Shown here in pieces: positions 11,381 through 21,296 of a DNA stretch of 64,000 nt. The notes under the pieces were generated by a model that was not told the origin of the DNA, searched no databases, and saw only the letters and a list, made by a program, of their open reading frames with translations. Position numbers and translations under genes: made by a program. Within the stretch, counting starts at the first letter, position 1, and each line of letters starts with the position of its first letter. The stretch comes from Alphaproteobacteria bacterium (lineage in GTDB: Bacteria > Pseudomonadota > Alphaproteobacteria > SHVV01), in assembly GCA_965261735.1 (NCBI GenBank), contig OZ253470.1:2848001-2912000 (forward strand). The letters run 5' to 3'.

Positions 11381-12584
11381 GCCCGCGGCGATTGCGGCTT
11401 CGGGCGACGAGTCTCTGTCTGAGAGGCCGCCGCGCCTGTTGTTCCTGATGAACGAGGCGCTGTTCTTCACCACCCACCGCATGCCGGTGGCGCTGGCCGC
11501 GCGCGAGGCCGGATTCGACATCCACGTCGCGGCGCCCTACGAGCGCGACTACGTCGCCGCCATCGAGCGCGCGGGCTTTCCCTACCACCCGATTCCGCTG
11601 CGCCGGGGCGGGCGCGGGCTCATCGGTGAGGCGCGCCTCGCTCTCTCGTTCTGGCGGCTGGTGGGCCGGCTCGCGCCCGACCTCGTCCACCACGTGGCGA
11701 TGAAGCCGGTGCTCTATGGCGGCGCGGTCGCGCGGCTGCGGCGGGTGCCGGCGGCGGTCCACGCGATCACCGGGCTCGGCCACCTGTTCATCCGCGAGGA
11801 CGCGGCCGCGCGCCTCCAGCAGAGGCTCGTCATGGTGCTCTTCCGCTTTGCGCTCGGCCACCGCCACGCCCGCGCCATCTTCCAAAACGGCCACGACCTC
11901 GACCTGTTCGTTCGCGAAGGCCTCGTAGACCCCGCACGCGCGGTGATGATCCGGGGCTCGGGAGTCGACATGGAGGCGTTCGCGGCGACGCCGGAGCCCG
12001 ACGGCGAGGCGGTCGTCATGTTCCCCGCGCGGCTGCTCGGCGACAAGGGCGTGCGCGAGTTCGTGGCCGCCGCTCGGGCCCTGAAGGAGCAGGGCGTGCG
12101 AGCGCGCTTCGTCCTCGTCGGGCGCACCGATCCCGCCAATCCGACAGATGTCGGCGAGCCGGTGGTGCGCGCCTGGGAGGCCGAAGGGGCGATCGAGTGG
12201 TGGGGCTATCGCACCGACATGGCCGCGGTGCTCGCGATGGCGCATGTCGTGTGCATGCCGTCCTACCGCGAGGGGCTGCCGCGGGTCCTGATCGAGGCCG
12301 CCGCGTGCGCACGCCCGATCGTGACCGCCGACGTGCCCGGCTGCCGCGAGATCGTTCGCCACGAGGTCAACGGTCTGCTGGTGCCGCCGCGTGATGCACC
12401 GGCCACGGCCGCTGCGATCCGCCGCTTGCTCGAGGACGAGGGCCTGCGCCGCGAGATGGGACGGCGCGCCCGCGACATGGCCGTCGCCGAATTCGCGGTC
12501 GATGCGTTCGTCGCCAAGACGCTCGCCGTCTACCGTTCGCTCCTGCCCGCCGCGGCCCTTGCCTTGCCCGCGAACCCGGATTGA
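11367..12584 (+). CDS. Glycosyltransferase family 4 (GT-B, CapM-like)
   Basis: HAITGLG, IFQN, GSGVD, ARLLGDKGVREF, PSYREGLPRVLIEAAA, DVPGCRE. Start chosen at the ATG overlapping the SDR end. Confidence 0.92.
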   Translation: MAVAEPAAIAASGDESLSERPPRLLFLMNEALFFTTHRMPVALAAREAGFDIHVAAPYERDYVAAIERAGFPYHPIPLRRGGRGLIGEARLALSFWRLVGRLAPDLVHHVAMKPVLYGGAVARLRRVPAAVHAITGLGHLFIREDAAARLQQRLVMVLFRFALGHRHARAIFQNGHDLDLFVREGLVDPARAVMIRGSGVDMEAFAATPEPDGEAVVMFPARLLGDKGVREFVAAARALKEQGVRARFVLVGRTDPANPTDVGEPVVRAWEAEGAIEWWGYRTDMAAVLAMAHVVCMPSYREGLPRVLIEAAACARPIVTADVPGCREIVRHEVNGLLVPPRDAPATAAAIRRLLEDEGLRREMGRRARDMAVAEFAVDAFVAKTLAVYRSLLPAAALALPANPD

Positions 12585-12740
12585 ACGCGTCCTCAATCAG
12601 TCCGACGATATGGTTCAACGTGGCCCTTAGGTTTCGGGGCAGAGCGCCGATTTCCCTTCCGACGCGCTCGTTTAGTGGCTATCGCAGTCAACTGTCCCCT
12701 CTACCGCCCCGCGGGTCGGCGCCCAGAACCCGAGCCCGGC

Positions 12741-13112
12741 TCACGCGTCCGCCTTCATTGCGCACCATGCGCGTATCACCGCTTCGATCGCCGAGCGCTT
12801 CGCCTCGACGTCCGGCAAGTCTGCAAAGTACATGTACTTAACGGTGCCGCCGCCACCGACCAGGCTCGGATGGTCGCCCGGAATCTCGGCGCCGCGATGG
12901 AACATCAGGCTCACCTTTTTCTTGGTATTAGGATTGATGCTCGCGATGTTTCCTCGGAACGTGAAGGTAGGACTCTTCCATTTGATGCATTCTTCTACGC
13001 GCGTGTCCGATTGGAGGATGACCTCGGGGAGCCGCGTGATCGCATCTTTCAGCGGATGATCGAAATCATTCAGCCATCGCTGAACCTCGGTGCTCTTTCC
13101 CATGCCCGCCAT
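12741..13112 (-). CDS. DUF1801 (YdhG-like) protein
   Basis: EECIKWKSPTF, LMFHRGAEI motifs; start at 13112 or 13103. Confidence 0.8.
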   Translation of the reverse strand: MAGMGKSTEVQRWLNDFDHPLKDAITRLPEVILQSDTRVEECIKWKSPTFTFRGNIASINPNTKKKVSLMFHRGAEIPGDHPSLVGGGGTVKYMYFADLPDVEAKRSAIEAVIRAWCAMKADA

Positions 13113-13466
13113 GCTCCTAAGCGTTCGCCCCTTACGGGCGCCTCGAATAACGCTCGAGATGAGTGGCGGAGCCAGACGTCCGCCAACCATAATGGCTCGA
13201 GACTTCTGTCGGCAGAGCCCACCATCGCGTGGGGCAAGGCACTCAGGGCCGGGCCACCATTCAGCATTTCATACGCCATCCAACCATCGCGAATATTGCG
13301 ATTATGTTGTCGCGTTCAAGAACCAGATGAGTGCTGACGATCTCTCTCAAGCATGCGGCCGTTGTCGCTGAGGCGGTAAAGAGTTGTTTGTCACCTAGCA
13401 ACCCTGACGGGCGGAGGCGCGCTTTCGCGCTTACGCGCTCGCCGGCATTGCGCTAAGAAGGCCGCC

Positions 13467-14495
13467 ATGGGCTGGCTCGCGCTGATTGCCGCCGCCGCGG
13501 GCGCGTTCGTGCTCTCCTGGCTCGGGACCGCAGGGGCGTTCAAGATGCTGCGCCGGCGCGCCGTGCTCGACCACCCGAATGTGCGCAGCAGCCATGCGAG
13601 CCCGACACCGCGCGGGGCGGGTCTCGCCGTGCTCGGCGCCATCGCCGTAGTGTGGGTCGCGATCGCCGCGGTGGGCACCGCGCCGACCGCGCTCCCGGTG
13701 ATACTGCTCGCCGCCTGCGCCCTAGCCGTGGTGTCCTGGCGCGACGATTTGCGCGGGCTATCGGTGGCCGTCCGGCTCGCCGCCCACACGCTCGCGGTGA
13801 TCGCAGGTCTTTCCGTCCTACCGGCCGAGGCCCTCGTCTTCCAGGGCGTGCTGCCGCCGCTCGCCGACCGCGCCGCCACCGGGTTGCTGTGGCTGTGGTT
13901 CGTCAATCTGTACAATTTCATGGACGGCATCGACGGCATCGTTGGCGTGGAAACCGCGGCGATCGCGCTCGGCGTCTGCGTGATCGCCGCTGGCGCGCCC
14001 CAGGCCGTTGGGATGGCGTCGCTGTCGGCCGCCCTCGGCGCGGCCGCGCTCGGCTTTTTATGGTGGAACTGGCACCCGGCCAGAATCTTCCTCGGCGACG
14101 TCGGCAGCATACCGCTCGGCTACCTCGCCGCCTGGCTGCTCATCGAGCTCGCCGCGGCCGGGCACTGGCCGGCGGCTCTCGTGCTGCCGCTCTACTTTCT
14201 CGCCGACGCCACGCTCACCCTGGCTCGGAGGCTCGCGCGCGGCGAACGCGTGTGGCACGCCCACGCCAGCCACTTCTACCAGCGCGCGGCGCGGCGCCTC
14301 GGCAACCACGCGCGCGTCGTGCGCGCGGTTGCGCTGGCCAACGCCGGCCTCGTCGCGGTCGCGCTGACGATCGCGCCGGGCGGGCCGCTCGCGCCGGCAC
14401 CGGGACTGTTTTTGGCGGCCGCCCTGTGCGCCGTTCTGCTATGGTACCTGGGACGTGGCTCCCCCGGCCTGCCGGCGCCGCCGCCCCGCCGTTGA
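13467..14495 (+). CDS. MraY/WecA-family undecaprenyl-phosphate sugar-1-phosphate transferase
   Basis: RSSH..PTPRGAG, WRDD, NLYNFMDGIDG, IFLGDVGS, HFYQR; polytopic membrane protein. Confidence 0.92.
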   Translation: MGWLALIAAAAGAFVLSWLGTAGAFKMLRRRAVLDHPNVRSSHASPTPRGAGLAVLGAIAVVWVAIAAVGTAPTALPVILLAACALAVVSWRDDLRGLSVAVRLAAHTLAVIAGLSVLPAEALVFQGVLPPLADRAATGLLWLWFVNLYNFMDGIDGIVGVETAAIALGVCVIAAGAPQAVGMASLSAALGAAALGFLWWNWHPARIFLGDVGSIPLGYLAAWLLIELAAAGHWPAALVLPLYFLADATLTLARRLARGERVWHAHASHFYQRAARRLGNHARVVRAVALANAGLVAVALTIAPGGPLAPAPGLFLAAALCAVLLWYLGRGSPGLPAPPPRR

Positions 14496-14508
14496 CCCGA
14501 CACCGCCG

Positions 14509-16434
14509 ATGAAACTACCGCGCATCACGCTCGTCGCCGCACACGATATTTTCATGGCGGTGGCCGCGTTCGAGATCGCCGTGTGGCTGCGCTACCTGAC
14601 CTACGGCGCACCCCAAAGCCTTGGCGTCGTGTGGGAGGGCACCGTCGTCTTCGCCGTGGTGTCGGCGATCGTTTTCTGGACCGTGGGCCTGTACCGCGGC
14701 ATCTGGTACTACGCCTCCCTCAACGACCTCCTCGCGATCGCCAAGGCGGTGACGCTGGCCGTCCTCGTCTTCCTGCCGGTCCTGTTCCTGCTGACCCGCC
14801 TCGAGAACGTGCCGCGTACCGCGCTCTTCCTGACCTGGCCGCTGCTCATCGTGCTGCTGGCCGCGCCGCGGCTGCTCTATCGCCTGATCAAGGACGGTAA
14901 TTTTCGCTTGGTCTTTGAGCGCGGCGACGAGCGTAGTGTTCCGGTGCTGCTCGCCGGTGCGGGCGATGCCGCCGAGACCTTCATCCGCCAGATGCACCGC
15001 GGGGCCGCGGCTTATCGGATCGTCGGTATCGTGGATTCGAATCCGGGGCGTGTCGGACGCGAGGTGCGCGGCGTGCGCGTGCTCGGGACCTTCGCCGAGA
15101 TTGACGCCGTGGTCGCGCGGCTGGAGACGCAGTACCGCCGGCCGCAGCGCCTGATCATCGCCGGCGAGCGCGCCGACGGCGCCGCGGTACGCGCGCTTCT
15201 CGATAGTGCCGACCGGCTCGGCATGACGCTCGCGCGCCTCCCACGCCTCACCGATTTCCGCCGCGATCCTCCAGCCTCGGGCGACGAAGGGGGCAACGGG
15301 GCGCGCCTCGACCTGCGGCCCGTGGATGTCGAGGACTTGCTCGACCGCCCGCAGCGGGTGCTCGACCGCACCGCGATGGCGCGCCTCGTCGCCGGTCGGC
15401 GCGTCCTCGTCACTGGCGCGGGTGGTACCATCGGCAGCGAGCTGGTGCGCCAGATCGCCGGTCTCGAGCCGGCCCGCCTCGCGCTCCTCGACAACGGCGA
15501 ATACAACCTCTACGCCATCGACCTCGAACTCGGCGAGAGCCATCCGGCGCTGCCGCGCGCGGCCGTCCTCGCCGACGTGCGCGAGGGCGCACGGCTGGCC
15601 GAGGTGTTCAGGACCGAGCGCCCCGAGCTCGTCTTCCACGCCGCGGCCTTCAAGCACGTGCCCCTGGCCGAGGCCAACCCGGCCGAGGCGGTGCTGACCA
15701 ACACCTTCGGCACCCGCGAGGTCGCCGAGGCAAGTCGCGCCCACGGGGTCGAGACGATGGTCATGATCTCGACCGACAAGGCCGTGCACCCCTCGAGCAT
15801 CATGGGCGCGAGCAAGCGCATCGCCGAGCTCATCTGTCAGGCGCTGAGCGCCGCCCCCGCGGGCCGCGGCACCCGCTTCATCACCGTGCGTTTCGGCAAC
15901 GTGCTCGGCTCGACCGGCTCGGTCGTTCCCCTGTTCGAGCGCCAGCTCGCGCGCGGCGGCCCGGTCACGCTCACCCATCCCGACGCCGCGCGCTACTTCA
16001 TGACCACGCGCGAGGCGGTGGAGCTGGTGCTGCACGCCTCGGCGATGCCCGAGCAGGCGCGCGAGCGCGGCAAGGTGTTCGTGCTCGACATGGGACAGCC
16101 CGTGAAGATCGGCGATCTCGCGCGCCAGATGATCAAGCTCGCCGGCCTCAATCCGGACGACATCGCCATCACCCATATCGGGCTCAGGCCCGGCGAGAAG
16201 CTCACCGAGGAGCTGTTCTACGCCGCAGAGGAACTCGTACCGACGCCGGTGGACGGCGTCCTCATGGCGGCGCCGCGGATGATCGACTACGAGCTCCTGG
16301 CGGCCGAGCTCGAACGGCTGAGGGCGGCGGCGCGCGCTGGGGATGCGGCCGAGACGCTGGAGCGCGTGGCCCTGCTCGTGCCCGAGTACCAAACAGCGGT
16401 CGCGCCCGAGCCGCGCCGCGCCGTCTCGGACTGA
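14509..16434 (+). CDS. Nucleoside-diphosphate sugar epimerase/dehydratase (CapD/WbpM/PglF type)
   Basis: N-terminal TM helices; VTGAGGTIGSEL, HAAAFKHVP, ISTDKAV, MGASKR, VRFGNVLGS, GLRPGEKL. Confidence 0.95.
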   Translation: MKLPRITLVAAHDIFMAVAAFEIAVWLRYLTYGAPQSLGVVWEGTVVFAVVSAIVFWTVGLYRGIWYYASLNDLLAIAKAVTLAVLVFLPVLFLLTRLENVPRTALFLTWPLLIVLLAAPRLLYRLIKDGNFRLVFERGDERSVPVLLAGAGDAAETFIRQMHRGAAAYRIVGIVDSNPGRVGREVRGVRVLGTFAEIDAVVARLETQYRRPQRLIIAGERADGAAVRALLDSADRLGMTLARLPRLTDFRRDPPASGDEGGNGARLDLRPVDVEDLLDRPQRVLDRTAMARLVAGRRVLVTGAGGTIGSELVRQIAGLEPARLALLDNGEYNLYAIDLELGESHPALPRAAVLADVREGARLAEVFRTERPELVFHAAAFKHVPLAEANPAEAVLTNTFGTREVAEASRAHGVETMVMISTDKAVHPSSIMGASKRIAELICQALSAAPAGRGTRFITVRFGNVLGSTGSVVPLFERQLARGGPVTLTHPDAARYFMTTREAVELVLHASAMPEQARERGKVFVLDMGQPVKIGDLARQMIKLAGLNPDDIAITHIGLRPGEKLTEELFYAAEELVPTPVDGVLMAAPRMIDYELLAAELERLRAAARAGDAAETLERVALLVPEYQTAVAPEPRRAVSD

Positions 16435-16463
16435 GGCGGCGGGGCGTCGCGAGGGATTCGCCC

Positions 16464-17591
16464 GTGAGCGCGCTGAAGGATGGCGGGTCGGCTTACGGGG
16501 CGGCGGGAGTCGACGAGGACGCAGCCCGCGCCGGCCTACGCCGCCTTACCGAACAGCTGCGCGGGACCTGGCCCGCGCCGGGCGAGCCCTACGGCGTGCA
16601 GCTCGACATGGGTATCGGCGGCAAGTACGCCAACGTGATCGACATCGGCGCCGGAGTGGGCGTCGCGCTATGCACCGACGGGGTCGGCTCCAAGACCCTG
16701 GTGGCGCGCATGATGGGCAAGTTCGACACCATCGGCATCGATTGCGTGGCAATGAACGTGAACGACATCGTGTGCGTCGGCGCGCGGCCCGTCTCGATGG
16801 TCGACTACATCGCCGGGCAGGACCTCGACGCGGGCTTTATCGAGGAGGTCTCCAAGGGCCTCTACGAGGGCGCGCGGCGCGCGAACGTCTCCATCTCGGG
16901 CGGCGAGATCGCGCAGCTCGGGGACACCTTCGCCTCACAGGAAGACGGCCACGCCTTCGACCTCGTCGGGACCGCAATCGGTGTCGTCGGGCTCGACCGG
17001 ATCATGGTCGGCCGCGAGGTCGTGGACGGCGACGCGGTCGTCGGCGTGGTCAGCAGCGGCATCCACAGCAACGGGCTCACGCTGGCGCGCTCGTCGCTCT
17101 TCGGCGCTGGGCTCGCGGTCGATGCCACCCTGCCGGGCCTCAGCCGTACCCTCGGCGAGGAACTGCTGGAGCCCACGCACATCTATGTCCGCGAGGCGCT
17201 CGAGGTGCTCGAGCGCATCGAGTCCACGCGGGCGCTCATCCATGTCACAAGCGACGGCTTTCTCAACCTGACCAGGATCGACGCTGAGGTCGGTTTCGTC
17301 CTCGATTCCTTGCCCGAGGTGCCGCCGATATTCAGGCTCATCGCGGAACATGGGAGTGTCGCGCCCAAGGAGATGTACAGCGTTTACAACATGGGCGTCG
17401 GCTTCTGCTTCGTGTGCGCGCACGCCGACGCGGCGCTGGCGATCGAGATCGCCGAAGCGCACGACCATTCCGCGCGCCTGATCGGCCGGGTGGAAGCCTC
17501 GATCCCGGGCCGCGTCGCCATCGCAGCCAACGATTTCACGACCCACGACCTCATCGGCGACGCCAAGAGCAAGAAGTTCCGCCGCGCCTGA
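16464..17591 (+). CDS. purM: Phosphoribosylformylglycinamidine cyclo-ligase (AIR synthetase), atypical
   Basis: YGAAGVD, TDGVGSK, IGIDCVAMNVND, GGEIAQL, SSGIHSNG, LLEPTHIY, YNMGVG. Confidence 0.9.
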   Translation: MSALKDGGSAYGAAGVDEDAARAGLRRLTEQLRGTWPAPGEPYGVQLDMGIGGKYANVIDIGAGVGVALCTDGVGSKTLVARMMGKFDTIGIDCVAMNVNDIVCVGARPVSMVDYIAGQDLDAGFIEEVSKGLYEGARRANVSISGGEIAQLGDTFASQEDGHAFDLVGTAIGVVGLDRIMVGREVVDGDAVVGVVSSGIHSNGLTLARSSLFGAGLAVDATLPGLSRTLGEELLEPTHIYVREALEVLERIESTRALIHVTSDGFLNLTRIDAEVGFVLDSLPEVPPIFRLIAEHGSVAPKEMYSVYNMGVGFCFVCAHADAALAIEIAEAHDHSARLIGRVEASIPGRVAIAANDFTTHDLIGDAKSKKFRRA

Positions 17592-17615
17592 AGCCAGCGA
17601 GGCCAGCGCCTCCGA

Positions 17616-17649
17616 CCCCCCTAACCCTCCCCCACAAGGGGGGAGGGGA
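17616..17649 (+). repeat. Alphaproteobacterial REP-like C/G-rich repeat
   Basis: CCCCCCTAACCCTCCCCCACAAGGGGGGAGGGGA; inverted partner at 18803-18840, similar pair at 42201-42298. Confidence 0.75.
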
Positions 17650-17655
17650 TGACTC

Positions 17656-18750
17656 CTTGCCTATCCGGTTAACGCCCATGACCGCTACATGTAGGGTGCC
17701 GCCACTCTCCCGAGTAAAGCTCGGCATAGGTTGGAGCAGAGGTGTCGCCCGCGATGCCGAGCAATGAGCGGAAGGCGTTGAACGGGTAGAACCGCCTGTT
17801 GAAGCGGAAGGTGAACTCGTTGAGGTAGGCTTGTAGGTGCTGGTGGCTAACGCCGTGGTGGATATCGATCAGCCACGTCTTCAGGTTGGCGAAAACCAGA
17901 TGGATGATCGGCAGGTATTGCTCGGCAACCTCTGGATCACCACACTCGGCAACAGCGAAGTGCTCATAGCCGCGCTTACCGAGGCCAGCATAGCCGCTCC
18001 AATCGTCAGTAACGATCAGCGATCCCGGCGCGACGGTGCTCTCGACGAACCCACAGAGCGACTCGGCGCTACGGTCGAGCACGACGGCGAGCCGAACGCG
18101 TCCGGCATAGCGTCCGTCTTTCCGGTTGTCGAGCTTGGTGCCCGGCTTTCGATGACGCACCTCGATGGCACAGGAGACGGGAACCTTGTGGTGAACACCA
18201 CGGCCTTCCCCACGCGTTCGCCCGCCAACCCAGGTTTCGTCCACCTCAACATGGTTCTTGGGCTGTCCACCGATCCTGTCTTGGTTGGGCCGCACCATGC
18301 CCGAGCGGAGCTTGTGGAGAATTTGAAAGGCCGTCTCGTAGCGCGAAAGACCAAGTTGCCGCTGAAACTGCACGGCGGACATGCCGGGCGTCTGACTGGC
18401 GACCAGATAAGCGGCCCAGAACCAGACGTTCAGCGGAGTGTGGCTACGCTCCATCACTGTTCCCACCGTCAGCCCGGTGTTCTGGCGGCACTTGCGGCAG
18501 CGCAGGACGCCAGGGCGGTTTTCAAAGTGGAACGGCTCTCCCGCCGTGCCGCAGTGCGGGCAGGCAAAGCCGTCTCCCCAGCGGGCTTTCTCCAGGTAGG
18601 CGGCGCAGGCCGCATCATCGGGGAAAAGTCGCTGGAACTCGGGTAGCGAATGCGGGAATGGGAGATCGGCGCGGTCGAGAACATCCATGGCGCGCTCCCC
18701 TATATCCGGGTTGCGCCCATTCTAGCCCTAGTGGGTGTGGGTGTAAACCG
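17656..18750 (-). mobile_element. IS1595-family insertion sequence, copy 1 (one end truncated by ~10 bp)
   Basis: Starts CTTGCCTATCCGGTT; the other end breaks off after TAAACCG. Near-identical to the copies at 31275 and 52693. Confidence 0.93.
17669..18688 (-). CDS. IS1595-family (ISXO2-like) transposase
   Basis: Zn ribbon CPHC..CRKC, VEVDETWVGG, IVTDDW, HLQAYLNEFTFRFNRR. Confidence 0.95.
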   Translation of the reverse strand: MDVLDRADLPFPHSLPEFQRLFPDDAACAAYLEKARWGDGFACPHCGTAGEPFHFENRPGVLRCRKCRQNTGLTVGTVMERSHTPLNVWFWAAYLVASQTPGMSAVQFQRQLGLSRYETAFQILHKLRSGMVRPNQDRIGGQPKNHVEVDETWVGGRTRGEGRGVHHKVPVSCAIEVRHRKPGTKLDNRKDGRYAGRVRLAVVLDRSAESLCGFVESTVAPGSLIVTDDWSGYAGLGKRGYEHFAVAECGDPEVAEQYLPIIHLVFANLKTWLIDIHHGVSHQHLQAYLNEFTFRFNRRFYPFNAFRSLLGIAGDTSAPTYAELYSGEWRHPTCSGHGR

Positions 18751-18802
18751 CGGCGGGTAGGACGGCCCTTTCACCCGCAGCTTACATAAGTGCGCACACC
18801 AA

Positions 18803-18840
18803 CTCCCCCTCCCCTTGTGGGAGGGGGTAGGGGGAGGGGG
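18803..18840 (-). repeat. REP-like C/G-rich repeat, inverted relative to the 17616 copy
   Basis: Reverse complement CCCCCTCCCCTACCCCCTCCCACAAGGGGAGGGGGAG. Confidence 0.75.
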
Positions 18841-18900
18841 TAACGTGGGCGAGTATCCGTGGCTCGCTCAGCCAGCGCGGCGCGACGCTAAACTCCCGCC

Positions 18901-19944
18901 TTACGCGAACTCGGGGACGATTTCCTTGGCGACCCTGTCGATCACCGTCATGCGGTCGAAGCCGGGGCCGCCGACGTAGAACACCCAGTTGTGGAGCCCT
19001 TGGCCCGCGAGCTCGGCGAGGCGCGCGTTGATGTCCGCCGCGGTCCCCCACAGGCGCGGCGAGCGCTCGATCAGCCAGTCGTGGAGGCCGAGCTTCTTGG
19101 CCCGCTCCACCAGCGCTCGCCCGCGCCCCGGCGTCTTGTAGCTGTTCGTCAGGTCGTGGGTATCGGCGTTGAGCTCGAGCAGCGCCTCCTTGTACTCGTC
19201 CGGGATTCCCTTGCCCTCGAGGCTGCCCATGGTGAGCCATTGGGCGCCCCAGCCGAAGGTCGACTCCATGGCCGCCGCGGGGCTCTCGGCAAAGGTCACG
19301 CTGGCGTTCCACCACACGTCGAGGTCGCTGGCTGCGCGCCCAGCGGCGGCCGCGCCCTCGGCGATGATGCGCTGGACGCCCTCGATATCGGCCGGCGCAA
19401 AGCCCATGGTGACAAGCATCCCATCGGCGACCTCGGCGGCCATGCGCAGCACCTTGGGGCCCGAGCAGGCGACGTAGATCGGCACTTCCACCGGTGGCGA
19501 CCACGCGCTCCACTCGGCCTTGAACGTCGTGCCGCGCCAGGTCGCGGCCTCGCCGCGTAGCAGAGCCTTCACCGCCAGGATGTAGTTGCGCAGGGTCTCC
19601 ACCCTGGCCGACTTCAAGCCGACGCCCCAGATGGCGCTGTCCCCGGTGGCGATGCCGCAGGCGATGCGACCCGGCGCGAGCTCGTTGAGCGACATCAGCG
19701 CCGCCGCGGTGACCGAGGGGTGCCGGGTGAGCGGATTGGTGACCGAGGTGAGGACTTGGATGCGCGAGGTGCTCAGCGCGCACAGCGTCGCCGAGACGTA
19801 GAGCTCGCGCAGCAGCGCCGGCGAATCGGGCACACCAACCATCTTGAGGCCGCCGGCATCGCACGCCTGCCACCACTTCGCGACCTCCATCAGCGGCTCC
19901 TGCTGTGTGAAGTTCAGGCAGAACTGGATCTTGGGATTGGCCAT
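18901..19944 (-). CDS. LLM-class (luciferase-like) flavin-dependent oxidoreductase, paralog 1
   Basis: VPDS, VTNPLTRHPSVTA, GIATGDSA, PIYVACSGPKVLRMAAEVADG; start MANPK. Confidence 0.92.
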   Translation of the reverse strand: MANPKIQFCLNFTQQEPLMEVAKWWQACDAGGLKMVGVPDSPALLRELYVSATLCALSTSRIQVLTSVTNPLTRHPSVTAAALMSLNELAPGRIACGIATGDSAIWGVGLKSARVETLRNYILAVKALLRGEAATWRGTTFKAEWSAWSPPVEVPIYVACSGPKVLRMAAEVADGMLVTMGFAPADIEGVQRIIAEGAAAAGRAASDLDVWWNASVTFAESPAAAMESTFGWGAQWLTMGSLEGKGIPDEYKEALLELNADTHDLTNSYKTPGRGRALVERAKKLGLHDWLIERSPRLWGTAADINARLAELAGQGLHNWVFYVGGPGFDRMTVIDRVAKEIVPEFA

Positions 19945-20188
19945 TCTCACCCCCGGGAGGACATTGGCGCCGCTCGCGCCAGCGCGTGCGACCATTATCA
20001 CACCCTGGCCGCGCTATGCGAAGGCGGGTGCGCGTCTCGTGGCGTTGTCCGTCGCTGGCGCTGCAAATCGGTTGCGTTTGGCGCTCCGAGACCGCAGGAT
20101 TAGTATGGGAGCGTTGGCGGCGCGGGCCACACGGGGCATCGCGGCGCGATCGGCGGCAAAGTACAAGAACCGAAGGGAGATTTAACCA

Positions 20189-21235
20189 ATGTCACTTTTT
20201 TCCACAATTCGCTGGCGCTGGCTTGGCGCCGCGGCTCTATTTGCGGCCGTCGGGGGCCTGCTCGCGGTGCCTACCGCGAATGCCCAGGCCACCTACGAGG
20301 CCGCCAAGAAGGAAGGCAAAGTCGTCTTCTATTCGGGCCAGCCGATCGAGCTACTCCAGAATCTGAAAGACGATTTCCAGAGCACGTATCCGGGCATCGA
20401 CGTCGACTTCTTCCGCGGCGACACTCGGCAGTACGCCCAGCGTTTCGAGACCGAATCGCAGACCGGGCGCCACAACGTCGACGTGATGCTGTCGACGTCG
20501 GTGACGACGCCGAAATGGGTGGCGAAGGACTTGCTGGCACCCTACGTTTCGCCGATGCAGGCGAACTATCCGGCCGAGCTCAGGGACGCCAACGGCTACA
20601 ACAATCCCTACGCGGTCAACATGACGAGCTTCGCCTGGAACACCGATCTCGTGAAGCCCGGCGAGGAGCCCAAGACCTGGGACGACCTGCTCGATCCCAA
20701 GTGGAAGGGCAAGATCGCCATTCAGGACCCGTTGGGGCGCGGCGGCGCCTTCACCTGGACGGTCACGATGCGCCGCGAACTCGGCGAAGCGAAGTGGCTC
20801 GACTACATGAAGAAGCTCGCCGCTCAGGAGCCCAAATATGGGCGCTACATGCAGGTGCGCGAGATGGTCATGTCGGGCGAGGTCGCGATTCACGTCGCCG
20901 CCTATCCCGATTTCACCGAGCCCGTGAAGGTCAAGGGTGCTCCCGTCGACTGGGGCGTGCCGGAGTGGCTCGTGTTCGTGGGTCTGACGGTTAGCCTGTC
21001 GGCCAACGCGCCGCACCCCGAAGCGGGCAAGCTGTTCATCGACTACATGATGTCGGATTCGGCGCAGACGATCCTCGGCGAGTCGGGGCGCATCCCCGCC
21101 AAGCCAGGGCTGCGCGGCGGTGCCTACGCCAAGCTCAAGAACGCCAAGATCGTGACCTCGGGTATACCCTCCCAGGTCGTGTCCGACGAGTACTTCAAAG
21201 AAAACTTGCGGATGATTTTCGGCAAGAAACAGTAA
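20189..21235 (+). CDS. ABC transporter substrate-binding protein (Fe3+/thiamine-like family), orphan
   Basis: Signal peptide ending ANA-Q; AAKKEGKVVFYS, PKTWDDLLDPKWKGKI, APHPEAGKLFIDY. Confidence 0.9.
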   Translation: MSLFSTIRWRWLGAAALFAAVGGLLAVPTANAQATYEAAKKEGKVVFYSGQPIELLQNLKDDFQSTYPGIDVDFFRGDTRQYAQRFETESQTGRHNVDVMLSTSVTTPKWVAKDLLAPYVSPMQANYPAELRDANGYNNPYAVNMTSFAWNTDLVKPGEEPKTWDDLLDPKWKGKIAIQDPLGRGGAFTWTVTMRRELGEAKWLDYMKKLAAQEPKYGRYMQVREMVMSGEVAIHVAAYPDFTEPVKVKGAPVDWGVPEWLVFVGLTVSLSANAPHPEAGKLFIDYMMSDSAQTILGESGRIPAKPGLRGGAYAKLKNAKIVTSGIPSQVVSDEYFKENLRMIFGKKQ

Positions 21236-21296
21236 GTATCGTGTCGGGATCGGCGGCCGGGGTACCGGCCGCCGATTCGACTCCAAGGGGCTAGCA

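Noticed and set aside
17837-18646. 269-aa ORF repeated in all three IS1595 copies
   Set aside because: Antisense to the transposase; conservation only reflects copy identity.
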